Source of the DNA: an uncultured candidate division Zixibacteria bacterium
GTDB lineage: Bacteria; Zixibacteria; MSB-5A5; GN15; PGXB01
Assembly (NCBI GenBank): GCA_963702205.1
Contig: OY969724.1
Span: 2,464,001 to 2,528,000, forward strand
Direction of reading: 5' to 3'
Length of the DNA stretch: 64,000 nucleotides
Shown here: positions 51,441-61,698 of the stretch, in pieces
Numbering within the stretch: position 1 is the stretch's first letter
How the letters are laid out: every line of letters begins with the position of its first letter
Position numbers and translations under genes: made by a program
The notes under the pieces: model-generated
Seen by the model: only the letters and a program-made list of their open reading frames with translations
Told to the model about the DNA's origin: nothing
The model's database searches: none

Positions 51441-52808
51441 ATGAATCCCAAGGAGTTTCTCGACCAAAACAAACAAAAACGTCTCGATGAACTGTTTGAA
51501 TTTCTGAGGTTTCCATCGGTGTCGGCCAAGAGTGAACACAAAGGCGACGTGCGCGCTTGTGCCGAATGGGTCGCCAAAAAGCTAAACGGCATCGGTATCA
51601 AAAGCGAACTCAAACCGACCAGCGGACACCCGGTTGTTTACGGCGAGAAAATGTCTTCTCCCGACAAACTGACGGTTCTCTATTATGGTCACTACGACGT
51701 CCAGCCGCAGGAGCCTCTGGAGCTTTGGAAAAGCACGCCGTTCAATCCCATAATCGAAGATGGGTATATCATCGCCCGAGGGGCCACCGATGACAAAGGG
51801 CAGGTCTGGACGCATGTTAAAGCTGTCGAGGCTTATGAAGCGACCGGGACCGAGTTGCCGGTCAATATAAAGATGCTGATTGAGGGCGAAGAAGAATCCG
51901 GCGCGGAAAGCCTGGCGGAATTCGTGGAAGAAAATCCGGAGCTTCTTAAGGCTGACATTATTGTCGTCTCGGACGGCGCGCAGTATGGACGCAACCGCCC
52001 GGCGGTGACGTACGCCCTGCGCGGAATCGCGTTCGTCGAAGTGAAAATAACCGGCCCGGATCGCGATCTTCATTCCGGGTCGTTCGGCGGCTCAATCGCC
52101 AATCCCGTCAACGTTCTGGCGCAGATTATCGCCAAGCTTCAGGATGAAAACGGGAAGATCCTTGTCGATGGGTTTTATGACGACGTGGTCGATGTGTCGG
52201 ACTGGGAACGCGAACAGCTCAAGAAGCTGCCGTTCGATGAAGCGGAATACCTGGCCAAGACCGGCTCACCGGCATTGCACGGTGAAAAAGGATATTCGGT
52301 ACTGGAGCAGATATGGTCAAGGCCGACGCTGGATGTCAACGGCATAACCGGCGGCTATCAGGGTGAAGGCGGCAAGACGATTATTCCGTCTTGGGCCAGT
52401 TGCAAGATTACGACCCGCCTGGTGGCCGATCAAACCCCGGAAGACATTTGCAATAAGCTCGAAACGTTCATCAAGAAAATCAGTCCGGATTATGTCACCT
52501 GTGAAATAGTCAAGCACGGCGGCGCGGCGGCCGTGGCGGTTCCGACCGACGGTCCCTGGCTGGAGGCGGCCGGACGCGCAATTAAGACGGGCTTTGGGAT
52601 TGACCCGGTCTATACGAAAGAAGGCGGCTCGATTCCGGTGGTTGGGACTTTTAAAAAAGTGCTGGGGCTCGATACTCTTCTGCTGGGCTGGGGGCAGGCC
52701 GACGATAACGCTCATTCCCCGAACGAAAGATTCGCTCTGGATGATTTCGAGAGAGGCTGTTATACGGCCCTGGCATTGATTGAAGAGCTTGCGAAAGTGA
52801 AGAAGTAA
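51441..52808 (+). CDS. M20 family dipeptidase
   Basis: YGHYDVQP, ARGATDDKGQ, EGEEESG, DLHSG.FGG, GGSIP, HSPNE. Confidence 0.92.
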   Translation: MNPKEFLDQNKQKRLDELFEFLRFPSVSAKSEHKGDVRACAEWVAKKLNGIGIKSELKPTSGHPVVYGEKMSSPDKLTVLYYGHYDVQPQEPLELWKSTPFNPIIEDGYIIARGATDDKGQVWTHVKAVEAYEATGTELPVNIKMLIEGEEESGAESLAEFVEENPELLKADIIVVSDGAQYGRNRPAVTYALRGIAFVEVKITGPDRDLHSGSFGGSIANPVNVLAQIIAKLQDENGKILVDGFYDDVVDVSDWEREQLKKLPFDEAEYLAKTGSPALHGEKGYSVLEQIWSRPTLDVNGITGGYQGEGGKTIIPSWASCKITTRLVADQTPEDICNKLETFIKKISPDYVTCEIVKHGGAAAVAVPTDGPWLEAAGRAIKTGFGIDPVYTKEGGSIPVVGTFKKVLGLDTLLLGWGQADDNAHSPNERFALDDFERGCYTALALIEELAKVKK

Positions 52809-53599
52809 TGGAACTAAAGCTCAAAGATCGCGTAGCGCTGGTGACGGGTGCGTCGAGCGGGCTCGGATTCGCTACGGCTCTGGCGCTGTCCGAAGAAGGC
52901 GCGCGGGTGATAATAAATTCCCGATCTCTGGCGAATCTTGAAGCAGCCGCCGATCGTATCGAAAAACAAACCGGCCTGCGGCCGCACGTGATCGAGGGCG
53001 ACTTGTCCGCAACCGGGGAGAGCGAACGAGTGGTCGAAAAAGCCGGGTCATATTTTAAAGCAATTGATATTCTTGTCGCCAACGCCGGCGGACCACCATC
53101 TGGTGAATTCATGGGTTTGTCCAAAGAAAATTGGTCCGAGTCGGCCAGGCTGACGCTGTTTTCGGCAATTGATCTCGCACGGGCGGTGATTCCCGGGATG
53201 GCGCAAAGGAACTGGGGACGGATCATATTAATTACCTCGCTATCCGTCAAACAACCGGCCCCGGGGCTGATTATATCCAATACTTTCCGGGCCGGTGTGA
53301 CCGGTTTCGCCAAATCGATTTCAAACGAGCTGGCAGCCAACGGCATTACGGTCAACACCGTCTGTCCCGGCTTTACGAACACGGAACGCCTGGGCTATCT
53401 GGCCGAGAAACAGGCGAAAGCCAAAGGAGTCACGCCTGAAGATATATTCAAAGACTGGGTCAATGATATTCCAGCGGGGCGGCTGGGCGAACCGTCTGAG
53501 CTGGCCGCTATGATATGTTTTCTGGCGTCTGAAAAGGCGTCGTACATTACAGGCACATCGATTCCGGTGGACGGCGGATACGTTAAAGGGTTGCTTTAA
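52808..53599 (+). CDS. SDR family oxidoreductase
   Basis: TGASSGLG, LVANAGGP, SNTFR, NTVCPG, ITG..IPVDGG. Confidence 0.92.
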   Translation: MELKLKDRVALVTGASSGLGFATALALSEEGARVIINSRSLANLEAAADRIEKQTGLRPHVIEGDLSATGESERVVEKAGSYFKAIDILVANAGGPPSGEFMGLSKENWSESARLTLFSAIDLARAVIPGMAQRNWGRIILITSLSVKQPAPGLIISNTFRAGVTGFAKSISNELAANGITVNTVCPGFTNTERLGYLAEKQAKAKGVTPEDIFKDWVNDIPAGRLGEPSELAAMICFLASEKASYITGTSIPVDGGYVKGLL

Positions 53600-53647
53600 C
53601 GAGGACCGCCTACATCATGACATACAACCTATTGCGCATATCCACTC

Positions 53648-54601
53648 GTGATGACTCTGTCCAATAACGGGAACGCTTTCAAAAAGCCGCTGTGGATTTT
53701 ATTCGCTATACTCGTCGGGCATCAGATAATTAATGCCGCTGCTTTTCCGGTCGCTAAAATCGGCCTATTTCAATTCGATCCGCTGGTATACGCTTTTTAT
53801 CGGTTCTTATTTTGTACCCTTGGTTATTTGCCGTTTCTGATTTTTATTCGTCGCCAGACTCCCATCGCCCGCAAGGACAGGTGGAAAATATTCGGCATCG
53901 GTTTGTTGCTGATTCCTTTCAATCAGGTGCTGTTTTTAATCGGCCAGAAAATGACGAGCGCCGGGCATGCCAGCGTCCTTTTTGCCACCACACCGATATT
54001 CGTTTATCTTCTGGCCATCAAATTCCTCGGTGAAAAGCTGACGGCCGTCAGATCGACCGGGATTTTAATCGCCCTGACAGGTGTTATGATCATTCTCTTT
54101 TCTGGAAAAATACGGTTCGGCAGTGAGTATCTGATCGGTGATTTGCTTGTTCTTGTGGCCGTGATGGCGTGGGCGGCGGCCATGGTTGCGGGCAAGCCTC
54201 TGGCGTCGCGCTACGGGGCGTTTCGTGTGATGGGGACGGCGCTGGGTTACGGTTCCCTGGTGTACATGCCTTTCGGAATGATTATGGCCGTGCGCTACGA
54301 TTATCAAAATATCAATTATCAGGGCTGGCTGAGTATCGTGTATATGGCAGTGGTTGTGTCCATATTCGGGTATGTCATCTGGTACTGGGTTTTGAAATAT
54401 CTCGAGGCATCGCAGGTGGCGGTTCTTCAGAACATACAGCCAGTGGCGGCGACGGCTATGGCGGCCGTGATGCTCGGCGAACCGATAACGCCTAATCTTA
54501 TTGTCGGTGGCATAATAGTCATTGGCGGCGTTATTCTAGCCCAGGTCAGGACCGGTGGCAAGGTGCTCGCTTTTGACGATAAAGTTATTATAAGCAAATA
54601 G
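53648..54601 (+). CDS. DMT/EamA family transporter
   Basis: 10 TMs forming two EamA repeats (TTPIF..LGEK; QPV....LGEP). Confidence 0.88.
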   Translation: MMTLSNNGNAFKKPLWILFAILVGHQIINAAAFPVAKIGLFQFDPLVYAFYRFLFCTLGYLPFLIFIRRQTPIARKDRWKIFGIGLLLIPFNQVLFLIGQKMTSAGHASVLFATTPIFVYLLAIKFLGEKLTAVRSTGILIALTGVMIILFSGKIRFGSEYLIGDLLVLVAVMAWAAAMVAGKPLASRYGAFRVMGTALGYGSLVYMPFGMIMAVRYDYQNINYQGWLSIVYMAVVVSIFGYVIWYWVLKYLEASQVAVLQNIQPVAATAMAAVMLGEPITPNLIVGGIIVIGGVILAQVRTGGKVLAFDDKVIISK

Positions 54602-54612
54602 GGTAAAACGTT

Positions 54613-55282
54613 ATGTACAATGGAAATAATAAAAACGACGCCGGGTATGAAACATGGTCGGTGTTTCGGATAATGTCGGAATTTGTCGAAGGGTTCGAGA
54701 CGTTGAGAACGCTTCATCCGGCCGTGTCGATATTTGGTTCCTCGGCGCTTCCGCCCGGCTCCCAGGACCTGTCTTCTGGCCGAAAAGATCGCCCGTCGCC
54801 TGTCAGACGAAGGTTTCTCGATTATAACCGGGGGCGGTCCGAGCGTCATGGAAGCGGCCAACAAAGGCGCCAAAAAAGGGAAGTCGAAATCGATCGGGCT
54901 GAATATTGAGATTCCAACCGAACAGCGCACCAATACATACCAGGATATTTCGCTGCATTTTAGATATTTTTTCGCACGCAAAGTAATGTTCGTGAAATAC
55001 GCCTCGGCGTTTGTTATAATGCCGGGTGGGTTCGGAACCCTTGATGAGCTTTTCGAATCTTTAACCCTGATTCAAACCCAGAAAATATTTAACCTGCCGG
55101 TAGTGCTGGTCGGCTCTAAGTTCTGGGGCGGGTTGATCGACTGGATTGTATCGAGTCCCATAAAAGAGGGAACCCTGACCAATGCGGATTTGACGCTGTT
55201 TTCGATGACCGATGATCCTGAAGAAGTCGTGCAGATAATTAAAGAAGGTTACGAAAAGGTCCGTCGCTCGCGGGCAATTTAG
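54613..55282 (+). CDS. LOG family (TIGR00730-type) nucleotide phosphoribohydrolase, split by a +1 frameshift near 54760
   Basis: WSVFRIMSEFVEGFE...PAVSIFGS continues in the +1 frame into ITGGGP.VMEAAN, YFFARK.MF, PGGFGTLDE. Confidence 0.85.
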
Positions 55283-55298
55283 CATTATAATAAAATAG

Positions 55299-55333
55299 AA
55301 AAGGCCGGACCGTAATTGATCCGGCCTTTTTTT
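55299..55333. terminator. Bidirectional intrinsic terminator
   Basis: AAAAGGCCGGA...TCCGGCCTTTTTTT between convergent genes. Confidence 0.75.
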
Positions 55334-56456
55334 ATTCGGCCAGGTTTTCTTCGGAGAACGCTTTTTCCAGAGCGGGGTCGGTGAAAACGCCATCCTTGCG
55401 GATGAGTTTGTCGTCGAACCAGATTTCTCCGCCGCCATATTCTTTTCTCTGTATCAACACCAGGTCCCAGTGTATCGCGGAGATATTTCCATTGGGTGCT
55501 TCATCGTAGCAGCAACCGGGAGTTAAGTGGAACGAACCGCGAATTTTTTCATCGAAGAGCGTGTCTTTCATCGGCTCCATAACGAAAGGATTGAGCCCGA
55601 TGGCGAATTCTCCGATATACCGACCGCCTTCATCGGTGTCGAGAATCTTGTTCATCTTTTCTGCGTTGTCGCAAGTGGCCTTGATTATCTTCCCGTTTTC
55701 AAAAGTGAACTTAATGTCGTTATAGACGGTGCCTTCGTAGAGCGAGGGGGTGTTATAGGCAATCGTTCCGTTAATCGATTCGCGGACCGGCGCGGTGTAG
55801 ACTTCGCCGTCGGGGATGTTGCGGGTACCATCGCATTTGACATTAGGGATATCTTTGATCGAAAAGGTCAGATCGGTGCCGGGGCCTTTGATGTGGACGC
55901 GATCGGTTTTGTTCATCAGTTCCACCAGCGGCTCCATCGCCACGGACATTTTGGCGTAGTTCAGATTGCAGACGTCATAATAGAAATCCTCGAATTTCTC
56001 CTGCGACGTCTCCGCCAACTGAGCCATGGCGCTGTTCGGATAGCGCATGACGACCCACTTGGTTCGTTTTACACGCTCCTCAAGGTGCACCGGTTTGTAG
56101 AAAATCTTCTGGTATTTTTCCATTTGGTCGCGGTCGATATCGGCCAGGTCGAAGGAATTTTCCGAGCCGCGAATTCCTATATACGCGGCGGCGCGCTTCA
56201 TCATTTCGAGGTGATAGTCGCCGAGTGCCTTGAATTGGTCATCGGAGGCCGTGCGTATGAAATGCCGCAGGATGGAATCGTCGTTGTAGTACCAAAACGG
56301 TACGCCGCCTCTCTCGGTGGCATAACGCACTAGCTCCCGGCCCAGGTCAAGGGCGGCCAGGCCTTTGACTTCGATATAGACTATCTCTCCGGGCTTGAGG
56401 TCAACCGAATAATCGATAAGACTTTTTGCAAGTGTGGTATTTCTGGGGTCTTTCAT
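55332..56456 (-). CDS. M29 family aminopeptidase (AmpS/PepS-like)
   Basis: GTDLTFSI, NIPDGEVYTAP, GEFAIG, LFDEKI.GSFHL, SAIHWDLV. Confidence 0.92.
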   Translation of the reverse strand: MKDPRNTTLAKSLIDYSVDLKPGEIVYIEVKGLAALDLGRELVRYATERGGVPFWYYNDDSILRHFIRTASDDQFKALGDYHLEMMKRAAAYIGIRGSENSFDLADIDRDQMEKYQKIFYKPVHLEERVKRTKWVVMRYPNSAMAQLAETSQEKFEDFYYDVCNLNYAKMSVAMEPLVELMNKTDRVHIKGPGTDLTFSIKDIPNVKCDGTRNIPDGEVYTAPVRESINGTIAYNTPSLYEGTVYNDIKFTFENGKIIKATCDNAEKMNKILDTDEGGRYIGEFAIGLNPFVMEPMKDTLFDEKIRGSFHLTPGCCYDEAPNGNISAIHWDLVLIQRKEYGGGEIWFDDKLIRKDGVFTDPALEKAFSEENLAE

Positions 56457-56534
56457 ATATCGGGTCCTTTCTTGTTATTGCTCGATAATAAAGCATAACC
56501 GCCGTTTTGGCAAGAGTGTGCCGAACAATTTGAA

Positions 56535-57332
56535 ATGAGGTTTGTTTTCACAAATATGCCTTGTGGAAAAAGAAGTAATATTTTTATTGGCACGTCCGGA
56601 TACAGCTATGACGACTGGCTGGGGAATTTTTATCCTCAGTTTTGTTCGGCCAAAGATTACCTCAGGTTTTATGCCTCTATTTTCAAAACGGTGGAATTGA
56701 ATTCGACTTTCTACCGCATTCCGGATGAAGCGACCGTCAAGAATTGGAAAAAGGTCACGCCCGACGATTTCGTGTTCTCGGCCAAGTTTCCGCGTATCGT
56801 GACGCATGAAGGAAGCATTAATTCGAGGGTTCAGGTGGCCGGTAAATTTATATCAACGATGCAAATATTGGGAAGCAAGCTGGGAGTGTTGCTGCTTCAG
56901 TTTCCATATGCCTTCAAGCCCGAACAGCACGGTTCGATGCTCGCGGAATTGCTCTCGGTCATGCCGAACGACATTAAAGTGGCGGTTGAGCTGCGCAATC
57001 GTAAGTGGCTGGGCAACAGCCTGTATGCCGACCTGCAAAAACGGGGCATTTGCCTGGTTATGATAGACCACCCGTGGATGCCGAAACGAACAGACTTTAC
57101 GGCCGACTTCGCCTATTTTCGTCTTCTGGGGGACCGCAAAAAAATCGAGAATGATTTCAGTTATATCCGTTTCGAGAAGAGAGAAGATATCGAGTGGTGG
57201 AGCAAATTGGTTCAGGAATTTTCGCGGGAAAAGGGCGAGGTTTATACATATTTCAACAATCATTTTACTGGGCATTCACCCAGTTCGGCGCGTCTTATGA
57301 TGGAATTGCTTGAACTTAGCAAAGTCGATTAA
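56535..57332 (+). CDS. DUF72 domain-containing protein
   Basis: IGTSGYSY.DW...FYP, VELNSTFY, F.FSAK, LLQFP, AVELR, YFNNH. Confidence 0.92.
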   Translation: MRFVFTNMPCGKRSNIFIGTSGYSYDDWLGNFYPQFCSAKDYLRFYASIFKTVELNSTFYRIPDEATVKNWKKVTPDDFVFSAKFPRIVTHEGSINSRVQVAGKFISTMQILGSKLGVLLLQFPYAFKPEQHGSMLAELLSVMPNDIKVAVELRNRKWLGNSLYADLQKRGICLVMIDHPWMPKRTDFTADFAYFRLLGDRKKIENDFSYIRFEKREDIEWWSKLVQEFSREKGEVYTYFNNHFTGHSPSSARLMMELLELSKVD

Positions 57333-57398
57333 TTTTCTTGTGTTAATCCGTTTTTATTCAGAAATTGAGGCAGATGCATATTTTGCCGGAACGTTAAA

Positions 57399-57845
57399 AT
57401 GGATAAAAAGGAAGCCAACCAATTTCTTATAGTAAGCCTGGCCGATAAGCAGTACGCGATAAACCTGATCCACGCCGTGGAAATCATAGATCCTCGCAAG
57501 TCGCACCTCGCCGGTGCTGCCATAAATAAGCTCCCGAAGGCTTTCGAGTACGAAAATAATCAGATTCCGGTCATAGACCTCGGGCAGTATATGCAGACTG
57601 AAGCGCGTGAGATGGCCCCGGACAGAATACTGGTCGTCACCGAATGCACCGGAGGCAGGGCGGCTTTCGTGGTCGATTCGGCCGATGAAATCCTCAGGAT
57701 AGATTCCGGCAGCGCGGAAGGCACGGTTGTGCCGTCAGAAAGTGCCGGCGATGAGTTAATCGAAGCGCGTCTCAATACGGATGACAGAAATATTCCCGTG
57801 GTCAATCTGCCGGGGATTTATAAACTGTCCGGTGTCATTAAATAA
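57399..57845 (+). CDS. CheW-like protein (orphan)
   Basis: FLIVSL..QYAI....VEII, IPVIDL, RILVV, AFVVDS..EI. Confidence 0.7.
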   Translation: MDKKEANQFLIVSLADKQYAINLIHAVEIIDPRKSHLAGAAINKLPKAFEYENNQIPVIDLGQYMQTEAREMAPDRILVVTECTGGRAAFVVDSADEILRIDSGSAEGTVVPSESAGDELIEARLNTDDRNIPVVNLPGIYKLSGVIK

Positions 57846-57868
57846 TCCAAGGTTCTTATCCTGATTCC

Positions 57869-59089
57869 ATGCTAAAAAGCCTTAAAGAATTCGACCATCG
57901 CCTTTGGATTTTGGCCGTAGGCTGGTTTACATCGGCTCTGGGCTTCGCGCTGGTAATTCCATTCATCGCCATTTACTTTCACGGTGAAGGAATGAGCCTG
58001 GCTCAGATCGGGCTGTTTTTCGGTCTTACGGCCATTATACGAGCGTCGGTGCAGGCGTACGGAGGTGAGCTGTCCGACCGCGTCGGGCGGTATCGCCTGA
58101 TGGTGCTGGCGCAATTGTGCCGGGCGGCGAACTTTATAGTTCTGGCCGGGGCGATACATTATGCATGGGGGCTGATAATTGTGTGCGGCCTGATAATCAT
58201 AAATTCCGTTTTCGGGGCGCTGTTTCAGCCGTCGGCCAATTCGATGGTCGCCGATCTGGTGGGAAACAAGCGCCGCACCGAGGCTTTCGCGATTGTCCGC
58301 GCGGCGGGCAACCTGGGCTGGGCGGTGGGTCCGGCGGTCGGGGGATATCTGGCGGCCAGCTCTCTCGGATTTTTATTTCTGTTGTCCGGGTGCATGACCG
58401 CCGTATCGGGGAGTATCGTTTTCAAGTTCCTCAAAGACGTTGCATTCAATCGCAGAACAGGGGCGGATTCGAAATTCAGGGACATGTTTATCATAAAAGG
58501 CAATGAAACACTTTTTCGTCACGCCGGGCTTTTATTTATACTCTATCTGGTCGTGGCTCACCTGATGGCGCCTCTGTCGCTTTATACGGTTGATTTCTGC
58601 GGGCTTAAAGAATCTCAACTCGGTTTTCTATATATGTTGAACGGTTTGATGGTTGTTCTTCTGCAACTTCCGGTCGCGCGCATGATGATGCCTTTCCGGC
58701 TGACATCCCAAATGGCCGTGGGCGCCTTTGTCTACGCAATCGGGTACTTTATGGTTGGTTTGTCGGCGCAATACACCCTGTTTATTGTCGCCATTATAAT
58801 CATCACGTCGGGAGAGCTGCTAATTTCTCCGCCGGCGCTGGCTATAACGGCCAATCTGGCGCCACCGGATAAGGTCGGACGCTATATGGGCATTTACGGG
58901 CTTGCGGTGACCGGGGGGTGGTCGCTGGGCCCCGTGGTGGGGAGTTTACTGCTCGATTTATTTAAGCCGGAGTTTATATATTCATGGGCGACAATATCAT
59001 CTCTGGCCATAATTGCCGGGATCGGATTCGTACGGCTGCGACGCCATATAGCTCCGGAAATTAACCAGTTCAGGGACGTCATCACATAA
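57869..59089 (+). CDS. MFS transporter
   Basis: GGELSDRVGR motif A; 12 TMs. Confidence 0.9.
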   Translation: MLKSLKEFDHRLWILAVGWFTSALGFALVIPFIAIYFHGEGMSLAQIGLFFGLTAIIRASVQAYGGELSDRVGRYRLMVLAQLCRAANFIVLAGAIHYAWGLIIVCGLIIINSVFGALFQPSANSMVADLVGNKRRTEAFAIVRAAGNLGWAVGPAVGGYLAASSLGFLFLLSGCMTAVSGSIVFKFLKDVAFNRRTGADSKFRDMFIIKGNETLFRHAGLLFILYLVVAHLMAPLSLYTVDFCGLKESQLGFLYMLNGLMVVLLQLPVARMMMPFRLTSQMAVGAFVYAIGYFMVGLSAQYTLFIVAIIIITSGELLISPPALAITANLAPPDKVGRYMGIYGLAVTGGWSLGPVVGSLLLDLFKPEFIYSWATISSLAIIAGIGFVRLRRHIAPEINQFRDVIT

Positions 59090-61676
59090 TGACAACGAAC
59101 TTGCCTATCTGGTTGCCGTATTCCGATTCGACCGAATAATAGTATATCCCTGACATAATCGACATGTGGTTGCGGGAAATCATATCCCACTGATCGTGCA
59201 TCGACCCGGGGCTGCCGGGCGCGTAATCATGGTTGACGGTGGCGACCAGATCCCCGTCAATGGTAAATATGCGAATGGTACATTTGGGTGGGAGATTGGC
59301 AAAATGCAGAGCCCTCGTATAATCTGCGGGCAGCCCCTGCTGGCCCTCTTCCCAGCCTTCATAACGTCCCCGGTAGCCACCATTAATAAAGTAGGGATTC
59401 GGATATACGACTACTTTGAGCCCGTTTTGTATCACAAGATCGGTGGAATTCTCGGCGTATTCGCGGATGGCATTGTCGGCCGGGTTGGTTTCTATGGGGG
59501 CAAGCCCCCTGGATGGATCACCATGATCGAAGGCACTCACGGATACATAGTACGATTTCGAGGGAAGCAAACCGTGGATTATATAGCGGTATTCATAATA
59601 TTTAAACCGGCCTTCGGGTGTCAGCACTTCCGGCCAGTACATCCTGGCGCTGTCGAGATCGCTGGTCGGAGGCGGTGACTCGTACGGGTAGACTTTAAAA
59701 ATGGCACTCGAATCCGTAGTCGTGGATTGATTCCAGTCGTGGCGAGTGAAAAAGAACTGTTCGGTTTCCTGCGTCGAATAGTTGTAATGCGGAAACAGAT
59801 GGTTCTGCGAGCTGTAATTTTCGGGTTCGAAATTCTCACCATAGAGTTGACGCAATTGCTGCAAAGTAAAAGGCGGCTGGACAACGGACCACGTATGGTA
59901 ATCGGTGTCGTATTCCCACCGGTCGTAATTTTCAATATCGTAGGATGCCAGCATGGTGAATCCATTGGCGAAACCGGTTTCCGACACGTACACCCGGTAG
60001 CCTTCGAAATCAGGAAGTTGAGAAAATTGGTCCGGCTCGGTTTCGCTTTTAACTCCGTTCCAGCGGACTTCAATCGTGCCCTGATTGAATTCGTCCACTT
60101 TGGGATAGAGAGTAAAATTCGGTGCGGGCGGCGGGGCGGCTCCTCTAAAGTCGGGCACGCCGTCGCCCTCATAGTACAAAGTATCTCTTTTGGCGTAATC
60201 GAAGGTCGTGTCGATTATGGTATCCTTGGGCAAATAAAGAGTATCTATTTCAAGGATTTTTTTTCCAATATTATAAACGTGATATTTGCCTTTATAACCG
60301 TCGCCGTCGGTATCGATGCCGGGGTTATCGAAAATCCAGGAGGCCCAGAGAGAGTTCAGCCCGAGATAGGCAAGATTGTGAGTCGGTCCCGGCGTGCGCC
60401 AGTCGCGATGATAGTGCTGACCCATGACCACGGCAAAGGTAAAGGGGGCAAAATCTCCCGGACCCAGGGTATATGGTCCCGTAGATATGACATATTTGAC
60501 ATCGCCGCCACCCTGAAGCTGGTCGATATTCTCGGGCGGCGGCAGCCAGCCGTCGGCGGAATGATCGCGCTGGGCATCGGTCAGATCATAGTCAATTTCG
60601 CCGTTGGCCATAAGGAAATACTTTTCGGCGTCGCTTCGAGGTTCACCGAGATAGCCGCCGAAATACCGCACGGGAATCCCCGCCGGAGGTCTTTTATAGG
60701 GACCCCAGTTGAGTCCGCTAAAATAATCGTTGACCCACCAGTTAAAAGTGACGCGCACTGTATCGGCCGGAGTCCGAAGCACTTTTATTCCCGCCGCCGC
60801 GGTCGGGGAGTATATCCCCTGGTAATCGCCGGTGATCGGGTTGGGGTCACCGTCGTTGTCGGCCGCCCAGACCACATTGATGGTATCGATCAAACCGGCA
60901 ATATACGGAGAAGGCATGGTCTTGTAGAAGCCGACGATGTCGTCGCGGGCGCTGCCTTTATTCTCGGTATAAATGTCATTGTCGACGTATAATCCGATAT
61001 ACAGCCCTTTTATATCTCTGAACGTTATATTCCCGATTTTAAGATCGAAAAGTATAAAGTCGTCGGCGTAATCATAACCCCAGGCGTAGCTGCGCTGGAT
61101 GACTTTCACACCGATCGGGCGGTGCACCCGGCCGGTGGCATTATCAAAACCGGTCAGGTCGCGAATGTCGAGAGTGTCGCAATAATAGCACTCAAAATCC
61201 TGCTGAGAAACGGCGTCCTGGAATTCCGGAGATGCGCGGTCGTTGGTCGAACGGATGATAATATGGCTGTTGGGCAGCGTGTCCGGCCAGAATTCCGAGG
61301 CCTGATCCCAGTCGCCCCATCCGGCCGTAGATACGAGCGTATCGCGCCCGACAATGGCCCCGATCCAAAGGCGCATGCCCCAAAGGTACGTATTTTCCGT
61401 ATTTGTGGGGTAGGTCAGTGATTGAGCGTATTGCCCCGAAAAGGGGTCGAGCAGGGGAACATCGGTATCCTTCCCGAATATCCCGAAATTGGTAATCATC
61501 ATGTTAATCTGGTTGAGGTTCTGTGACGCGATTTCCCGGATAGGATAAAGCTGGTTGGATTGGGATTTCTGTATACCGTTTCTTTGCGGCTCGAACGACG
61601 GGCGGGCATTAATAGAGGCGGTTAGTGAGGTTAATAGAATGGCTAACAAAGCGGTCCTGGCGATATGTCTCATCAA
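59082..61676 (-). CDS. Large secreted protein with FnIII-like region and YPNPY-type C-terminal domain
   Basis: Signal peptide; TNFGIFG; DNPGIDTDGDG and DGVPDF Ca-type loops; PPPAP; DFEGYRVY; VVVYPNPY..FANLP..CTIRIFT..GDLV..WD....SGIYYYSV. Confidence 0.75.
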   Translation of the reverse strand: MMRHIARTALLAILLTSLTASINARPSFEPQRNGIQKSQSNQLYPIREIASQNLNQINMMITNFGIFGKDTDVPLLDPFSGQYAQSLTYPTNTENTYLWGMRLWIGAIVGRDTLVSTAGWGDWDQASEFWPDTLPNSHIIIRSTNDRASPEFQDAVSQQDFECYYCDTLDIRDLTGFDNATGRVHRPIGVKVIQRSYAWGYDYADDFILFDLKIGNITFRDIKGLYIGLYVDNDIYTENKGSARDDIVGFYKTMPSPYIAGLIDTINVVWAADNDGDPNPITGDYQGIYSPTAAAGIKVLRTPADTVRVTFNWWVNDYFSGLNWGPYKRPPAGIPVRYFGGYLGEPRSDAEKYFLMANGEIDYDLTDAQRDHSADGWLPPPENIDQLQGGGDVKYVISTGPYTLGPGDFAPFTFAVVMGQHYHRDWRTPGPTHNLAYLGLNSLWASWIFDNPGIDTDGDGYKGKYHVYNIGKKILEIDTLYLPKDTIIDTTFDYAKRDTLYYEGDGVPDFRGAAPPPAPNFTLYPKVDEFNQGTIEVRWNGVKSETEPDQFSQLPDFEGYRVYVSETGFANGFTMLASYDIENYDRWEYDTDYHTWSVVQPPFTLQQLRQLYGENFEPENYSSQNHLFPHYNYSTQETEQFFFTRHDWNQSTTTDSSAIFKVYPYESPPPTSDLDSARMYWPEVLTPEGRFKYYEYRYIIHGLLPSKSYYVSVSAFDHGDPSRGLAPIETNPADNAIREYAENSTDLVIQNGLKVVVYPNPYFINGGYRGRYEGWEEGQQGLPADYTRALHFANLPPKCTIRIFTIDGDLVATVNHDYAPGSPGSMHDQWDMISRNHMSIMSGIYYYSVESEYGNQIGKFVVIM

Positions 61677-61698
61677 AGTTTTCCTGTCAGTAACTCCT

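Noticed and set aside
59727..60992. 421-aa plus-strand ORF, and similar long antisense ORFs such as 6705-7706, 23177-23989 and 35017-35841
   Set aside because: These are antisense shadows of well-supported genes, with no recognisable motifs.
61683..61692. CTGTCAGT half-site as a second WYL operator
   Set aside because: It is only a half site, with no partner at the right spacing and no correctly placed -10 box.
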